Shown here in pieces: positions 1 to 13,703 of a DNA stretch of 64,000 bases. The notes below the pieces were generated by a model. The model was not told the DNA's origin. It saw only the letters and a list, made by a program, of their open reading frames with translations, and did not search any database. Position 1 is the first letter of the stretch; every line of letters starts with the position of its first letter. The stretch spans positions 977,331 through 1,041,330 of the forward strand of contig NW_005202428.1 of NCBI RefSeq assembly GCF_000372725.1, in the 5' to 3' direction. Position numbers and translations under genes: made by a program. The stretch comes from Emiliania huxleyi CCMP1516. Lineage: Eukaryota.

Positions 1-380
1 TCGACACTTACCGGCTGAGGTCACGTCGTCGGGCGCGTCGACGGGCTGGTTGGCCATGGTCCGCACGGCGGGGCGGCTGCGCCGCCAGGACTCGCGCGTC
101 GCTGCACGCGGCCTGCAGAAGGAATGACAGCTCGGCGGCAAGGCTTTTCTTGCGCCGGGACGGCTAGGCTTTTTGTGAGACGCCGCTCGCGGAAATCGAG
201 GAAGGCTTGGACTTTTCTTTTCTTGGGAAACGGGAGTGTTGGTTTAGAAGAGGCTGGCCAGCGACTGGACACACCGGCATGCGATGGGGGGACGCAAGCA
301 AGGACGGGGATTGGAGGTTGTAGAGAGATATTTAACTTTTAAGCACAGCTCGAGGCGAAATAAAATTAGAAAGAATTGTA

Positions 381-431
381 CTCCCCGGCCCTGGATGTGA
401 GGTTAATGACTGCACTCCAAGTGCTCCAAGT
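381..431 (+). mobile_element. Family B retroelement 3' end (tail CTCCAAGTG repeats)
   Basis: Near-identical to 13934-13983, 28121-28172 and the reverse copies at 34255-34318 and 39892-39939. Confidence 0.7.
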
Positions 432-434
432 ACT

Positions 435-438
435 CCCT

Positions 439-521
<83 letters not shown>

Positions 522-556
522 AACCGTCTCACTCAAAATCTCTCTCTTTCTATCTC

Positions 557-598
<42 letters not shown>

Positions 599-634
599 GT
601 CTCTCTCTCTCTCATGTCTCAAAATCTCTCTCTC
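435..634. repeat. (CT)n microsatellite array interrupted by AAAATCTCTC units
   Basis: Direct sequence. Confidence 0.95.
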
Positions 635-643
635 AGAAGCGGA

Positions 644-734
644 CACAAAAACTCGCGCGCGCGTGAACAGGGCTCCAGGCCCCAAATTACGTGTGAGTGT
701 TAGAGTTGTTTGGTATTGCTAAAAATCTCTCTCT
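644..734 (+). mobile_element. Family D retroelement 3' end (ends GGTATTGCTAAAAATCTCTC)
   Basis: Matches 58031-58111. Flanked by the duplicated AAAATCTCTCTCTCAGAAGCGGA (621-643 / 722-744). Confidence 0.7.
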
Positions 735-1178
735 CAGAAGCGGAGCACACACGAAGATCGAAGTCGGCACAACAAAAATCCCCTTTGCAGCCAAGCCTAC
801 AGGGCACCTAATTTTGGTGTCGCCTGGCTGCCAGTTGGCTGCCGTGTAGTCGTCGAGGGCGCGCCACTCCTTCTGCAGATCGAACCAGTTCCAGATAGTC
901 TCGATGGCAGCAAGCGCCCGCGCGTACGGGCTTCCTGATTTGCAAGTGCCATCGATGACTGACTCCGGTGTTGGAAGAGACTCAGAAGTGGGGAGGCTGA
1001 CGCCCTTGGGGTAGAACTCAGAGATCTTGCCGCCGCGCAAGGTGTAGTAGATGTTGTCGTCGCGCGCGGCTCGGATGGAGGCCACCTCGTCTCGCCTCGA
1101 GAGCGCGGCTCTGTACGAGTTGACGAAACGAAAATTGATGGGCTTGCCCATCCCGGAGTGGTTCGACCCCACATAAAT

Positions 1179-1465
1179 CCGAGACGGTGACGGGATGCTG
1201 TCGTACGATGGTCTCAGGCCCAGTGAGGTAGTGCATCTGACTATCCCGGATCCTGCTGACCAAGCTCCTCTTGTAGCTCGATCGGTCACACCGCCATCGC
1301 CGTCGGGGAGAGGGGGGACGACACTGCTTCGGCAGCGTGCACCTCGATCCTGTACCGTGTTTGTTATGACCCCCCCCCGATGAACACACCAGTGAGGGAG
1401 GGCGAGACGATCGAGGGGTCCCGTACCACGCGGAATCGGCCCTATCCAGTGCTCAAGTGCTCAAG
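1179..1465 (+). mobile_element. Family C retroelement 3' part (tail GTGCTCAAG repeats)
   Basis: High identity to 18088-18370 and to reverse copy 13704-13808. All three share the tail end and differ at the other end. Confidence 0.7.
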
Positions 1466-1468
1466 GGG

Positions 1469-1582
<114 letters not shown>

Positions 1583-1629
1583 GCCAAGAGCAACCTTTTG
1601 AAATGGCGTTCACCGCAGGAACTTTGAGA

Positions 1630-1760
1630 AAAGAAAGAAAACAGACTTCCCAAGGGAGGGATGGGAGGACGGCACGCCGCCACCACACAGGGATTTTAAG
1701 GAGAGGAGTGTGGTGCTAGCCGTCGCCCACCCTCGGGCGTCTACCACTTCCTATCTCTCT
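1630..1760 (-). mobile_element. Family A non-LTR retroelement, 5'-truncated copy with 17-bp TSD
   Basis: Reverse complement of the A 3' end. CCGCAGGAACTTTGAGA is duplicated at 1613-1629 and 1761-1777. Confidence 0.85.
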
Positions 1761-1841
1761 CCGCAGGAACTTTGAGAGTTCCCGTACATTTCTTTATCGA
1801 GATCTCTGCTGATCGAGCCTAATCGAAGGACGGCGCCCAAA

Positions 1842-3057
1842 ATGATGGCGCTCATGGCGGTCGCAGTGAGCCCGCTCATGGCGGTGGCAGTGAGCCCGCG
1901 CCTGCACCCGCGGCCGCGCCAGCCGCGCATCGCGGTCATGCAGGAACCCGCTCGCTCGCTCAGCACCGACTTTCTCTGTGGCGCGGATATCTTTGACGCC
2001 GCGCGGCCAGCCATCTTGGCAGAAAACACCTATGGGGATGCGGAGGAGAGGCGGCGCCGCCGGCCGTCGGCGCAGACCGAGGTGCCCAGTCGTCGACGCC
2101 CTCCACCGGCGCCGCTCGAGACGTCCGGCGTCTCCATGTCGCCACTGGACATGTCGAGCGAGCGCTTCCGGAGCGGGCCGCGCGACGCCGAGGCCTCGCG
2201 GGGCCGCGGCTGGGCCGTGCGCCGACGGGCTAGCCCGTCGGCGAGCACCGGGACCGTGCGCTCGGCGCCCGCTGCCGTCGAGCGGCCGCTCACTCTCCCA
2301 CGCGACGAGCCCCGCCCGACCGAGCCGCGGGCAAAGCCGGTGTCCTTCGACGTGATGCTGAGCGGAGCGGGGATCCACGAGGCGGCGCGCCCCGCGCTGC
2401 ACCGCGGCGGCAGGTGGCAGGGCATCGGCGCCAGCGCGGACGACGCCAATGCAGACAGCCGCCGCCAGCGGAGGTCGCAGAGCTCGCCTTCTGTCCAAGA
2501 GGCTCCGGTCCAACAAGAGCCCGAGGACATCCGATTCCGGCTGGAGGCTGCGGCGGCAGAGAAGGCGGCGGCGGCGGAGGCGGCGGCGGCGGCGGCGGAG
2601 CAGGCGGCGGAGCGGGCGGAGGCTGCGGCAGCGGCGGAGGCGGCGGCGGCGGAGCGAGCGGCGGCCGAGGCGAGGGAGGAGGCGGAGGCTGCGCGCAAGG
2701 CCGCGGCGGAGAAGGCAGCAGCGGTCCGACGGGCAAAGGACGACGCGGAAGCGGCGGGGGCGGAGGCGTCGGACATGGCGGCGGCGGCGGAGGAGGGGCT
2801 CTCCAAGAAGAAGAAGAAGAAGAAGAAGAAGGACAAGGCGCGCGCCGAAGCCCCGCGAAGCCCTCCCCCCCCTCTCTCTCTCTGTGCTACATGTCCATCA
2901 CCGACTGACTCTTCTCTGCCACCCCCTCTGGCGGCAGGTGAAGGCGCAAAAGAAGGGGGCACCGACCGCCACGCTCCTCAAGCAGTTCATGCACGACCAC
3001 GACCTCGAGATCGCCGACGTGTTGCAAGCGGCGTCGTCGCTGGTGGGCGACGGCTAG
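1842..3057 (+). CDS. Hypothetical protein with Ala/Glu coiled-coil and poly-Lys; two exons (about 1842-2837 and 2938-3057, GC-AG intron)
   Basis: Long ORF 1842+. After the intron it joins in frame to VKAQKKGAPTATLLKQFMHDHDLEIADVLQAASSLVGDG*. Confidence 0.55.
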
Positions 3058-3635
3058 GATCACAGTATGGAGGTGCATGCGCCGTGTGCGCGTGTCGAAC
3101 AGGCAACTTGGAGTCTGTCAACGACTGCTTCGGAACCCTATCATGCCATGTGAACTGTGCTGCAGCTGTGTGCTGGCTGCGCGTGTGTAGTGGAGACGGG
3201 CGTTGGAGAGAGCGAACTACACTTGAGTGAGAGCCACGTGTGGTTGTCGTTGAGAGAGATAAAGGCCCTCTCTTCGGCCTTCGCGGATCATCCCGGCTCG
3301 CGCACCTACCCCGCCACCCGCGCAGCATGTGCCGATGTGGCAGAGCAAGCGTAGACGGTGTAGAGAGTCTACCCCGCCTTCCCGCGCGCTCGGCGGTCGA
3401 CACACCGGAGAGTCCGCGGACGCACGGTTGTCCCGCGCGGCCAGAGCGCTTTGCGTTTGCCACAGCGGCCGGAGGGCGCGTGAGGCGTGTGCCGGGGCAC
3501 ACGCGCACGCGCCGGCAGCGCGCCCGCCGGGCGCCGGCACCCGCGGCAGCGAGCCTAGCAGCGAGCAGGCCGCGGCGGGGGCGCTCGCTCACTCACACTC
3601 ACTCACGTGTAATTCGCGCTGAGGCCCTGACAGCA

Positions 3636-3909
3636 ATCCCTGGTGTGGACGGTTTTTTTCGCGGTATCCGCGGCGGGATATGGCGGGATATGGCGGGATA
3701 TGGCGGGAGATACCGGGAGATACCGGGAGACACCGGGAGATACCGGGAGATACCAGGAGATACGAGATCTGGGCGGATACGGGCAGATACGGGGAGATAC
3801 GGGGAGATACGGGGAGATGCGAGGAGATGCAAGGAGATACGGGGAGATACGGTCAGAGATATTGGAGAGATACTTCAAGATACCGCAAAAAACCGTCCGC
3901 ACTAGGGCT
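3636..3909. mobile_element. Small TIR element (MITE-like) with an internal GGGAGATAC minisatellite
   Basis: About 30-bp imperfect TIRs (CCCTGGTGTGGACGGTTTTTTTCGCGGTATC / GATACCGCAAAAAACCGTCCGCACTAGGG). ACAGCA is duplicated at 3630-3635 and 3910-3915. Confidence 0.7.
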
Positions 3910-5051
3910 ACAGCACCCCGCCTCACCCGCGGGGCGCGGGCGCCGACGCCGCCACAGCTGCTGGCTCTCTAAGTGTCCAGAGTGTCTCTCTCAGACGCTC
4001 ACGCGCTCACGCCGCTCCCAGACCTGTCCCAGCAGAGACGCGCCCGGCCCCCGCCGCTGCTGCCGCTAAAAAGGCCGGTGTGGGGCTGTAGGCCGCTAAC
4101 AAACACAACAACATTTCCGCTGCCGATATTTTGCAACGCCGATGTGCACACATGCACAAACAATGACAAAGAACGATGCACACTCACTGGGACGTGGGAG
4201 GGGCGGGGTGGAGTGGCTGCGTAACGCAACCATGTAAGATGTATCACCCCGGCCCCTCTCGTAGCCGCAGCCGCAGCCGCAGCCCCAATTTGCCGCTCTT
4301 CTGTGTCGGGTTGTGACGAGGGGTGAGGGGGGACGGATTGAAGATCCCTCACACCAAGATTGTGCAGGGCGGGGACACATGACCCTAAATCCCATCTCGC
4401 TCAGAGTTTGACCGTTTTATTTATTTACCATGGTGCATGGACTTTGACTGATCTAAGTTCAGATCTTAGCCATGGCTGTGGTAAAATGAAACTTTGGCAT
4501 TCGGTACAAGTTGGCCGAGTGGTTTCTCCAATAGCTAAAGGTCAACATCCTCTCCGGCTACGACAAGGTGAACGTAGCGTTTTTGATCTCTGGGTCTGTG
4601 GGGGGCCGAGCCGCCTCGGGGTGGCGGGCGGGCGGGCGTTTTGAAAAACAGAAAACAGAAAATAAGAGGGGGCCCGGGGGCCCAGGCCCCCCACTGGGAG
4701 TAGAAAATCCACGCCCAGGGGGGCCAAGGAGGGCGGCGCGGGGAAGCAGCATCAGGTGAGAGCAGGAAGGATGGCGCTTAGGGTCGGCTTTGAACAAGGG
4801 TTTCCAGGTATTAGATCAGTATTGGTGTCGGCACACATCCCAACATGAGGTCAGCGGCGCGCAGTGCCTCTCTCGCAGGCTGATTTTGGCTGTTTTCGAG
4901 CTTGTTGCCGTTCTACACCAGCTGTTCGCTCGAGACTCTGCTGGGGATGGGCCTTTTCGTTGGACGTTGCGGTGTTTTTGTCCTGACTCCATCAGCAGGG
5001 CGGATTTTTTTCTGCGAGAAGCCTCCTCTGAACGCGCTCTCGACTTGCCTC

Positions 5052-6364
<1,313 letters not shown>

Positions 6365-6548
6365 CGGGCCGCCTCCGTGGGAGTCTGTGCGTTGTGAGGG
6401 GTGATTTTGGCGGGGGTTTGCGGTCTCCATCGTGATTGTTGGCCCCGGCGATCCCGCTAAAATTCTTTTATCGGTGTGCACAGGCTGGTGCTGTCGCTTT
6501 CGCTGGCCTGCGCTGGCAACTCAGCAGCTGCTCGCGACCTCTCTCGTC

Positions 6549-6980
6549 ATGCTGCCGCTGGCGCTAGCCCTGCTGTCGTGCACGACGACCGCATTGCAGC
6601 GGACCTGGCTCAATTCGCCCATGTCGCTCGAGCAGCCCGGCCGTCGGCACCGCCGCATCACTCTCGCCGAGGCCACATATGCGCACCTCCGCTGTGTCAC
6701 TTGCTCTCTCCATCCGCGCCGCGCATGCGCCAGCTCGCGTATGCCGCGCTCATGACCGCATCACACCGTCTCTGCCGTGCAGGATGAGAAGGGCTCGCTC
6801 TCGGAGGCCTTCGCCGCGTTTCAGCGCAAGCCGGAACCAAAGCTGCCCGGGCAGAGCGGCGCGACAAAGGGGAAGGAGGGTTTGCCGATTCGGCTCGGCG
6901 GAGACGTGCGCGGCGGCTCGCTCGGCGACTTACGTGCGGCTGTTGGCGGCTTTCCGCTCGACCCTCGAAACTGGCAGGCG
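6549..6980 (+). CDS. Small hypothetical protein with signal/transit-like N-terminus; 3' end unresolved
   Basis: MLPLALALLSC start. Plausible GC-AG intron ending at 6782, then DEKGSLSEAF..PLDPRNWQ. Confidence 0.35.
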
Positions 6981-7404
6981 CCTAGTCGGACGGGAGACTG
7001 CACCGTGAGAGATCGCCGTCGGCGCTCCTCCGCATCCTCCGCCTTGGCCTCCGTCGCCTCCGCCGCCTCCGTCGCGACCTCCGCTTTACACCCTCGTTCT
7101 CCCACCGAGGCCACATGCTGCTCCTCCCCCACGTGTCGCAGGCGGAGGAGGCCGGGCTCGTCTTCGTCTTCGCCTTCACATTTGGTGCCTTCCTGTGGGG
7201 CTACCTTGAGTACGTGGCCTAGGGTGGTGTCCGAGCCATCAATGTCCCGGTCCATATCAGTCGGTGTTAGGATTTTTTATGTATGTACAATGTGAGACGG
7301 TTCGAGATGTGTTCGAGATTTGGGCAGGGCGCTCGACTTTTCGGCGGTCGTGGAGTCACGCTCGTTGCTGCGATTTTCAGTCAGGCTTTGACTGGACAGC
7401 ATCG

Positions 7405-8730
7405 ATGCCGTCGCCGGACGCGGCGGCGAGGCACACGGGCGCCGGCGTGGCGCGTCGGCAGGCCCACCACGAGCGGATGCGCGACGAGCGCGCTCGGGAA
7501 GCGGCCGCGGGCGACGCGGAGCGTCCGCCGGAGGACGACGCGGTCGAGATGGCGAGCGCCGTCCACGTGCTGGACAGCGTGGCGGAGGTGGGCCCGAACT
7601 ACACCCTGCTGCGCAGCAAGGAGACGAAGGCGATGCGGCGGAAGCGACAGCGCGAGGATGCCAGGGCGGCGCTCGACGGCCACACTGTCCTGCCCACCGG
7701 ATCGCGCCTCGAGATCTTCTGCGACAGCGAGCGGTGGTATCCTGCGACCGTCATGGCGCGGGAGGAGGACAGGGACGGACGGATCGTGCACGAGGTCGAG
7801 TACGACGGCTACTCGGATCGGCGGTGGTGGCACATGCTGGACGACGAGCGGTGGCGCGCCGTCCCAGAGCAGGCCGGCGCGGGCGCAGGCGGGGATGGGG
7901 ATGGGGATGTGGCGATGGACCGCGTGGACGGCGAGCATGGCGCCCGTGCCGCGGGCGACGCCGAGGCGGCCGAGGTGCGGCCGGCGCCGCCTCCTGTGCG
8001 CCGGGGCGTGCGGCGCAGCGCGCTGGCGGACGCCCTCGAGGCGGAGGATGACGAGCAGCAGGAGGCGGCGGCGCGTGGCGATGAGCGGCCGATGCTAGCG
8101 CCCCACGGGCCGGCGCTGTCGGCGCAGCTTCGGGTCGTGCGCCTGCGGCTGCGCGAGTTCCTCGCGACGCAGGCCGCGGCGGGGAAGAGCGTGCCGATGC
8201 AGCGGACGGCCCTCGGTCTGCACCCGACGATGCGGTGGACGATCCGCTTCGGCAAGTGGCTGGCGACGACGCGAATCACCGCGCCGAGGGCGAGCCGGTG
8301 GCACGCGACCGAGCGGGGCGACGCGCGGGACGAGGAGCCGACGGTGCGCACGGGGCGCGGCGAGAACACGGTCTATGTCGCGTTGCAGCACATGAAGAAC
8401 CACGTGTGGCGCGAGATCTGGCCGGCGATGCCGGGCGACGCGAGGCAGTACTGGCGGCTGGTGACCAAGCAGGTGATGTCGCTGTACGACGGCGGCGGCG
8501 GCGGGATGAAGGACGCGGCAGGAGCCGCCGGCCGGGCGGCGGGCCACGAGGCGGCGCGGGAGAGGGCGTCGCACGGGCAGAGTGAGGCGGCGCAGCGGGC
8601 GGCGAGCGAGAGGGCGAGCGCCGAGGCGAGCCGGCGGACGATGGCCGAGCTGCGCGAGGCGACGACGAAGCCGTGCACGAGGCAGCACCTCTTCCAAGTG
8701 GGGGAGTATAAAGTTTTGCAAGTGCCAAGT
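7405..8730 (+). CDS. Intronless ORF with a Tudor/Agenet-like domain, probably transposon-derived and 3'-truncated
   Basis: LPTGSRLEIFCDSERWYPATV..HEVEYDGY..WW..LDDERW resembles a Tudor barrel. The ORF then runs into TGTCGAG repeats. Confidence 0.5.
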
Positions 8731-8775
8731 CAGAAAGCCAGAAGAGAGCCGCTGGCAGGCCACCGGGCTGGATAT

Positions 8776-8995
8776 GAGCGGTGTCAAGCGGTGTCGAGTG
8801 GTTCGAGCGGTGTCGAGCGGTGTCGAGGGGTGTCGTGTGTCGAGAGGTGTCGAGGGATGTCGAGGCCACGAGGGGTGTCGAGTTGGTCGAGTTGGCATGG
8901 GGTGTCGAGGTGTCGCGAGTTGGGAGAGAGAGAGAGAGAGAGAGAGTGTTGTCGAGTTGGTGTCGAGGGTTTGGTGTGGTGTCGAGGTGTCGAGG
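8776..8995. repeat. Degenerate tandem TGTCGAG array
   Basis: Direct sequence. Confidence 0.8.
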
Positions 8996-9039
8996 CCAGG
9001 CCCAGGGGGCAGGGCTCACTCAGGAGCCAGCCTTCCTCG

Positions 9040-9238
9040 CGAGGTCCAAGGACCACATACATTCTGACTCCCACTCCGATCATTTGCCTCCAAGTCATGT
9101 CGTTGCTCAGATCCACTCTCGTTCCGATCACTTGTTTGTACCTCAACGGTTGGTGTTGGCACTGCCACTGGGGTGGGTTCCCTACCTAGTAGCTAGTTCC
9201 CTTCCGCCTTCGGGTTTATCGTGACAGCTGACGACGGT
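9040..9238 (-). mobile_element. Diverged family A ORF fragment
   Basis: Translates as AVTINPK..RVDLSNDMTWRQMIGVGVR, homologous to the + strand copies at 12405 and 58300. Confidence 0.65.
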
Positions 9239-9359
9239 ATTACATGTAGAGCTCTACCAGTGCGGACGAGATTTCTCGGAACATCGATGCCTGGAGGTCT
9301 CGCCTTTGTTTTGGGTGGTTCCCATCCGGTGCCAGCTGCGCATCGAAGCATCTCTCTCC

Positions 9360-10051
9360 ATGTCGCTCCTTTTCGCCTCCCAGCTGTTCGGCGCCGCATT
9401 CGTCGTGCAGCCGGGCCTTCGCGCCGCCCCTGCCATCCGTGCCCCATCGCCAGTGCTCTCGGAGGCAAAGGGGCGCCGAGACTGGGTCTTCATCAAGGGT
9501 ATCAACGACTATGGAAAGGAGCAGACGTATATGACGCTCGGCGCCAGCCAGACTGCGCAGTCGCGCTTTGCTTTTGACCCGTTCGGCTTTGAGGACAATG
9601 AGGTCTGGTCTCTATCTAGATGTAGCGCTATCGGAGAGAAACAGCGAGACCGGCACATCCGCACTCGGCACCTCCGCAGGCCCTGGCGGCGATCTGGGAG
9701 AAGGCTTATCTGCTGCCACTCTTCGGACCGGGCCTGCTCGCGGCCGCGTACCTGGTGGGCCAGCTGCTCGGCGTCTCGCTCTCGCTCCCCTCCCTCCCAG
9801 AGTTCACCCTCCCCGGCGGCGTCGAGATTCCCTTCATGTTCGGCATTCCCAAGGCGCGGCCGCCGTCTCTGACTAGGACGTGGGGGATGCGCCCTCCTGC
9901 CCCCCACCTCAGCTGCGCCACCCTCGCCCTTCCTGCGTCGCAGCTGCTCGGCTTCCTCGCCGGCCAGGGCATGAAGCTCACCTTCGACATCTGGAACTTC
10001 ATCTGCCCGCTCATCGGCCTCGGCGACGCAAGGCTCATGTACTGGAAGTGA
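9360..10051 (+). CDS. Probable plastid-targeted membrane protein, spliced
   Basis: Bipartite-like leader MSLLFASQLFGAAFVVQPG..; hydrophobic segments; last exon LLGFLAGQGMKLTFDIWNFICPLIGLGDARLMYWK*. Confidence 0.55.
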
Positions 10052-10585
10052 AAGTTGACGGATGACGCACACAGACGCAAAAGGTCCGACAGCGTGTGTG
10101 CAATCCCCTACCTGCCCCGGGTGTGAAACCCACACTGCTCTGCCCGGCCCAGACCACACCGCCCAGCTGTGAATAACTGCCCGCTTGCGAGGTCTCGGAA
10201 ACTTGTGGACATATTAAATTCCGGAGAAAAGATGCGCAAAATGCTCTCTACAAATCACTTAAGAAATTTGACGCCCTGACGGATCTCCGAGATCTTGTTC
10301 AGCCACCATGCACCAATCGAAAGCGAGATCGAAAAGGACGAAGCGTCATGCGGCGTGCGGCCGCGTGGGCGTGCGCCGGGCCGCACGTATGTGAATGTGT
10401 GCGTGTTGCGCGCGAGAGAGCTCTCTCTGAGAATAGAGAGACTCTAATTTAGAGAAAGAGCCGTGACGACAGTCACCTCGCGCACATTGTTTTGAATTTA
10501 CGTCTCAAGAGTGGACTATGGACTGGTCTCTGGTGGAATGCGCGAGTCGCCCGCCTCCATGTTGCGTTCCTGCGCCTATTTACGC

Positions 10586-12131
10586 TTAAGGCGCCGGCCC
10601 CGGTCGACTCAATGGCCACGGGTACTGAAAGGTGTCGATGGCGCGCTCGATGAACTCGTGCGCGTGGAGGGCTCCGTCCTCTGCGGCGAGCGCCTTCCCC
10701 ATCTTGGCGACGTTCTCGGCGATGGTCTGGTCGGCCACCACCTGCGTGAGCAGCTCGCCAAGCGAGCTACCCGTCACCTTGGACATCATCCCCGCGTACA
10801 GCCCGAGCTTCTTTTTGGCGACGAGAGAGCCGTGCCAGGGCTGGTCACTCATCACCGCGCAGATGATGGTGGGCTTGCCTGCGCGCAGCCCCACGGACGT
10901 GGTGCCCGCTCCGCCGTGGTGGACCACCGCCGCGCAGCGCGGGAAGAGCCAGTCGTGCGGGCAGGAGGGGAGCTCGAGCACGTTCGCCGCCGCGTATTCG
11001 GCGAGCCGGCTACCGTCGTCGGTGGATGAGTCGAGGACGGCCGCCGTGAGCCCCGCCCAGCCGCCCAGCAGGATGCCACGCATCTTGGCGTGCGCGAGCG
11101 CGGCGATCGCCATCGTCGAGAGCTTCTTGCAAAACTCGGGGTTGCCTGCGGGGCACGGGACGGGTCACCCACGTGCCCATACGGGGCGCCTCTGCTGCAA
11201 AAGATGACTGCCCTTCATCGACCCAAAGCCAATATAGACGGGCGGTGCGCCCGCCGCCAAGAAGGCGGTGAGCTGCTGCGGCGGCTGGTAGCCGGTGGAG
11301 GGCGGCATCATCCAGTAGCCGACCATCTCCTTGAGCGGCGGCCAGTCGGTCGGCTGAGGCACAAAAGAGGGCGACATGGCGCACATCTGCGGCAGGTCGG
11401 GAGGCAGCACCAGGGGCGAGCCGTCGCGGTGGGCGGTGGCGCTGAGCCCGGCGATCGCCCGCAGCTCGAGCGCCCGCGGCCGCTGCGCCTTTGCGATCCC
11501 TTGGCTGTTGAAGGCCTGGAACGCCAGCTTGTTCAGGCACTTTGGCAGGGCGCCGTCCTGGCGAGGAGTGGGCAGCCGGGTCGTTGTACAAGTGTCCGGG
11601 TAGTGTCTTCAGGTCTCGTCTCGGAAGTGTCAATGGTGTCTCGGGACTCACCTCTTTCTTGAAGAAGCTGATCTCCGACGTGGGATGGTTTGGCTGCAGG
11701 TCATAACGCAAAACCGGGACACCGAGCGCCTCGCCGACCGAGGCCCAGAACGCGAACTCGAACCCGGCGTGCAGGATGACATCCGGCTTGAAGGAGACGG
11801 CCAGCTCGTATCCGGCCTTTGTGTCGGCGGCTTGGGCGGCTTTGAACTCGGGCGTGGCTTGGTAGGCCTTGAACGTCTTGACCGTCTTGATTAGGTTCCA
11901 AAAGCTGAGATCCGAGAGGTCGACTGTGGCCAAGGCCTCGAGCATGCCAGACACATCCTCGCTCGCGGCAACGCACTCGATGCCCGCCTGACGCACCATG
12001 CCGTCGCTCGGCGGTGTCACAAACATGGTGGTGTCCTTGCCGAGCTGCTTGAGCCTGAGCGCCAGCGCGAGCGGCGGCTGCACGTCCCCGCGCGTGCCCC
12101 AGGCGAAGATTAGAACTCGCTGATACGGCAT
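10586..12131 (-). CDS. Sterol 3-beta-glucosyltransferase-like GT1 (UGT80/Atg26 type); exons 12131-11652, 11557-11212, 11145-10586
   Basis: GTRGDVQP N-terminal motif, PVYIGFGSM, and PHDWLFPRCAAVVHHGGAGTTSVGLRAGKPT..DQPWHG UDP-sugar motif. Confidence 0.9.
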
Positions 12132-12669
12132 GTGTGTCGCAGTCGGGACGCCGCGGGCGCGTCGTCGGTCGTCGAGTCGTCGACGACCGAGTCGTCGAGC
12201 CGCGGTGTATCGTCGCCGAGTGTCGGCCAAGTGCGAGTCGAGTATCGCAAGAATTTTGGTTTCGGGCACCCTGGAGGGCCGGCAGCGGCGGCGACAGGAC
12301 TGGAGACGAGGCGGGCTCCGACGGGCAGCGCTAGCCGCGGTGTCTCGAAGAAGAGGAACATGGCTTCTCAAAAAATTTCCGAGGCCAAGGGTTAGGGTGG
12401 CGACAGCTGTCACGATGCACCCGAAGGGGAACCCAGCGCCAGCATCATCCGTGGAGGTACAAGTGTTCGAAGAGAGAGTGGACCTGAGCAACGATATGAC
12501 TTGGCGGCAAATGATCGCAGTGGGCGTCAGAAGAGTCGTCCTTGCGCGAGGAGAGCTCGATAAACTCGAGGGGCCAAAATATGCCGCGAGGAGCACAGAG
12601 TTGCGACGAAAGGCGAGAGAAGCAGCGAGAGAAGAGAGAGGACAGGAGGGATCGGCAGGCGGCGGCGCC

Positions 12670-13554
12670 CTGAGGGAGGGTGTAGAGGATGTAGAGTGTA
12701 GAGCGCTGTAGAGCTGTAGAGATGTAGAGCGCTCTGGAGCGCTGTAGAGCTGTAGAGCTCTACATCCGCCGCGGGACGAAGCGCCTCCGTTGTAGAGCGA
12801 TGTAGAGCGCGATTTTGCTGTAGAGTTTGTTGTAGAGGCTCTACAGCCAAACCACCGGGAAGGCAGTGACTCAAAGAGGTCGAGCCGCGCTAATGGGGTG
12901 TCTCCGAGCTTACTGGAGCTCTGATGGACAGCCCTGACTATCCCTGACACACAGAGAGTCACTCCGACGGCACACAACACCCTATAACTGCGTCATGACC
13001 AGCCTGCCATGTGTCGCCGGTGCCGCATTCGTCGCTGTGCTTCTTTAGCAGGCGGTGGACTGTCGGCTGCGAGGACGGTCGCATTTGCGCGAGGAGAGGC
13101 GAGCATTCAGACGCGTTGCATGCGCCATGACTCGCGCCAGCGCGTGCTGGAGCTCCTGGCTGAGCGTTGAGTCCAGGCGAGTTGCGCTGGCCACTATCGC
13201 TACGCCGAGCCGAGCTGACGCGCCGAGGCGCCGGCCAGTCGCAGCCGTGAGGCATGCCACAGCAGCAGAGGCACCTCCTACCCATTGGGCGGGCAGACAG
13301 AAGGCCAGGGCAGCACTGGCAAGTGCAACGCGCCTCATGTCGGAGAGCGACCGTGCCTCGTTCGCCGCTTATGATGTAGAGTTTGTTGTAGAGATTTCAC
13401 GTTGTAGAGCGCCTCTACATCGCTCTACAACGGAGGCGCTTCGTCCCGCGGCGGATGTAGAGCTCTACAGCTCTACAGCGCTCTCCAGCGCTCTACATCT
13501 CTACAGCTCTACAGCGCTCTACACTCTACATCCTCTACACCCTCCCTCCCTCAG
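12670..13554. mobile_element. Non-autonomous TIR element (about 135-bp TGTAGAG-rich TIRs, 8-bp TSD GCGGCGCC)
   Basis: CTGAGGGAGGG..CCCTCCCTCAG termini. TSD at 12662-12669 / 13555-13562. Second copy at 38977-39847. Confidence 0.92.
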
Positions 13555-13703
13555 GCGGCGCCGTCGCAGGATGAGGCAGAGGAGAGCGACGCGACAGAGG
13601 AGGAAGCGACAGGAGGGAGAGCGCTAGCACCACACTCCTCTCCTTAAAATCCCTGTGTGGTGGCGGCGTGCCGTCGTCCTCCCATCCCTCCCTTGTGTTC
13701 TCT

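Noticed and set aside
687..1289. 200-aa minus-strand ORF with YYTLRGGK, weakly like an RNase H1 N-terminal motif
   Set aside because: Both ends run through retroelement fragments and the motif match is too weak to call.
1179..1465. Possible hammerhead or HDV ribozyme in families A, B or C
   Set aside because: I could not find a CTGANGA..GAAA core with stems or a convincing HDV fold by eye. A covariance-model search would be needed.
3678..3880. CRISPR-like appearance of regular repeats (also 20154-20340)
   Set aside because: Tandem units without unique spacers, no cas genes, eukaryotic context.
4350..5020. Lower-GC TE-like stretch (similar ones at 10080-10340, 13985-14410, 44490-45110, 54260-54830)
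   Set aside because: No paired termini, TSD or second copy in the window, so it cannot be supported as a feature.
12388..12398. GGGTTAGGGT telomere-like sequence
   Set aside because: Fewer than two full units; consistent with chance.
11010..12980. 656-aa ORF appearing to fuse repeat sequence to a glycosyltransferase
   Set aside because: Read-through across a MITE, an antisense family A copy and an intron. The real gene starts at 12131.
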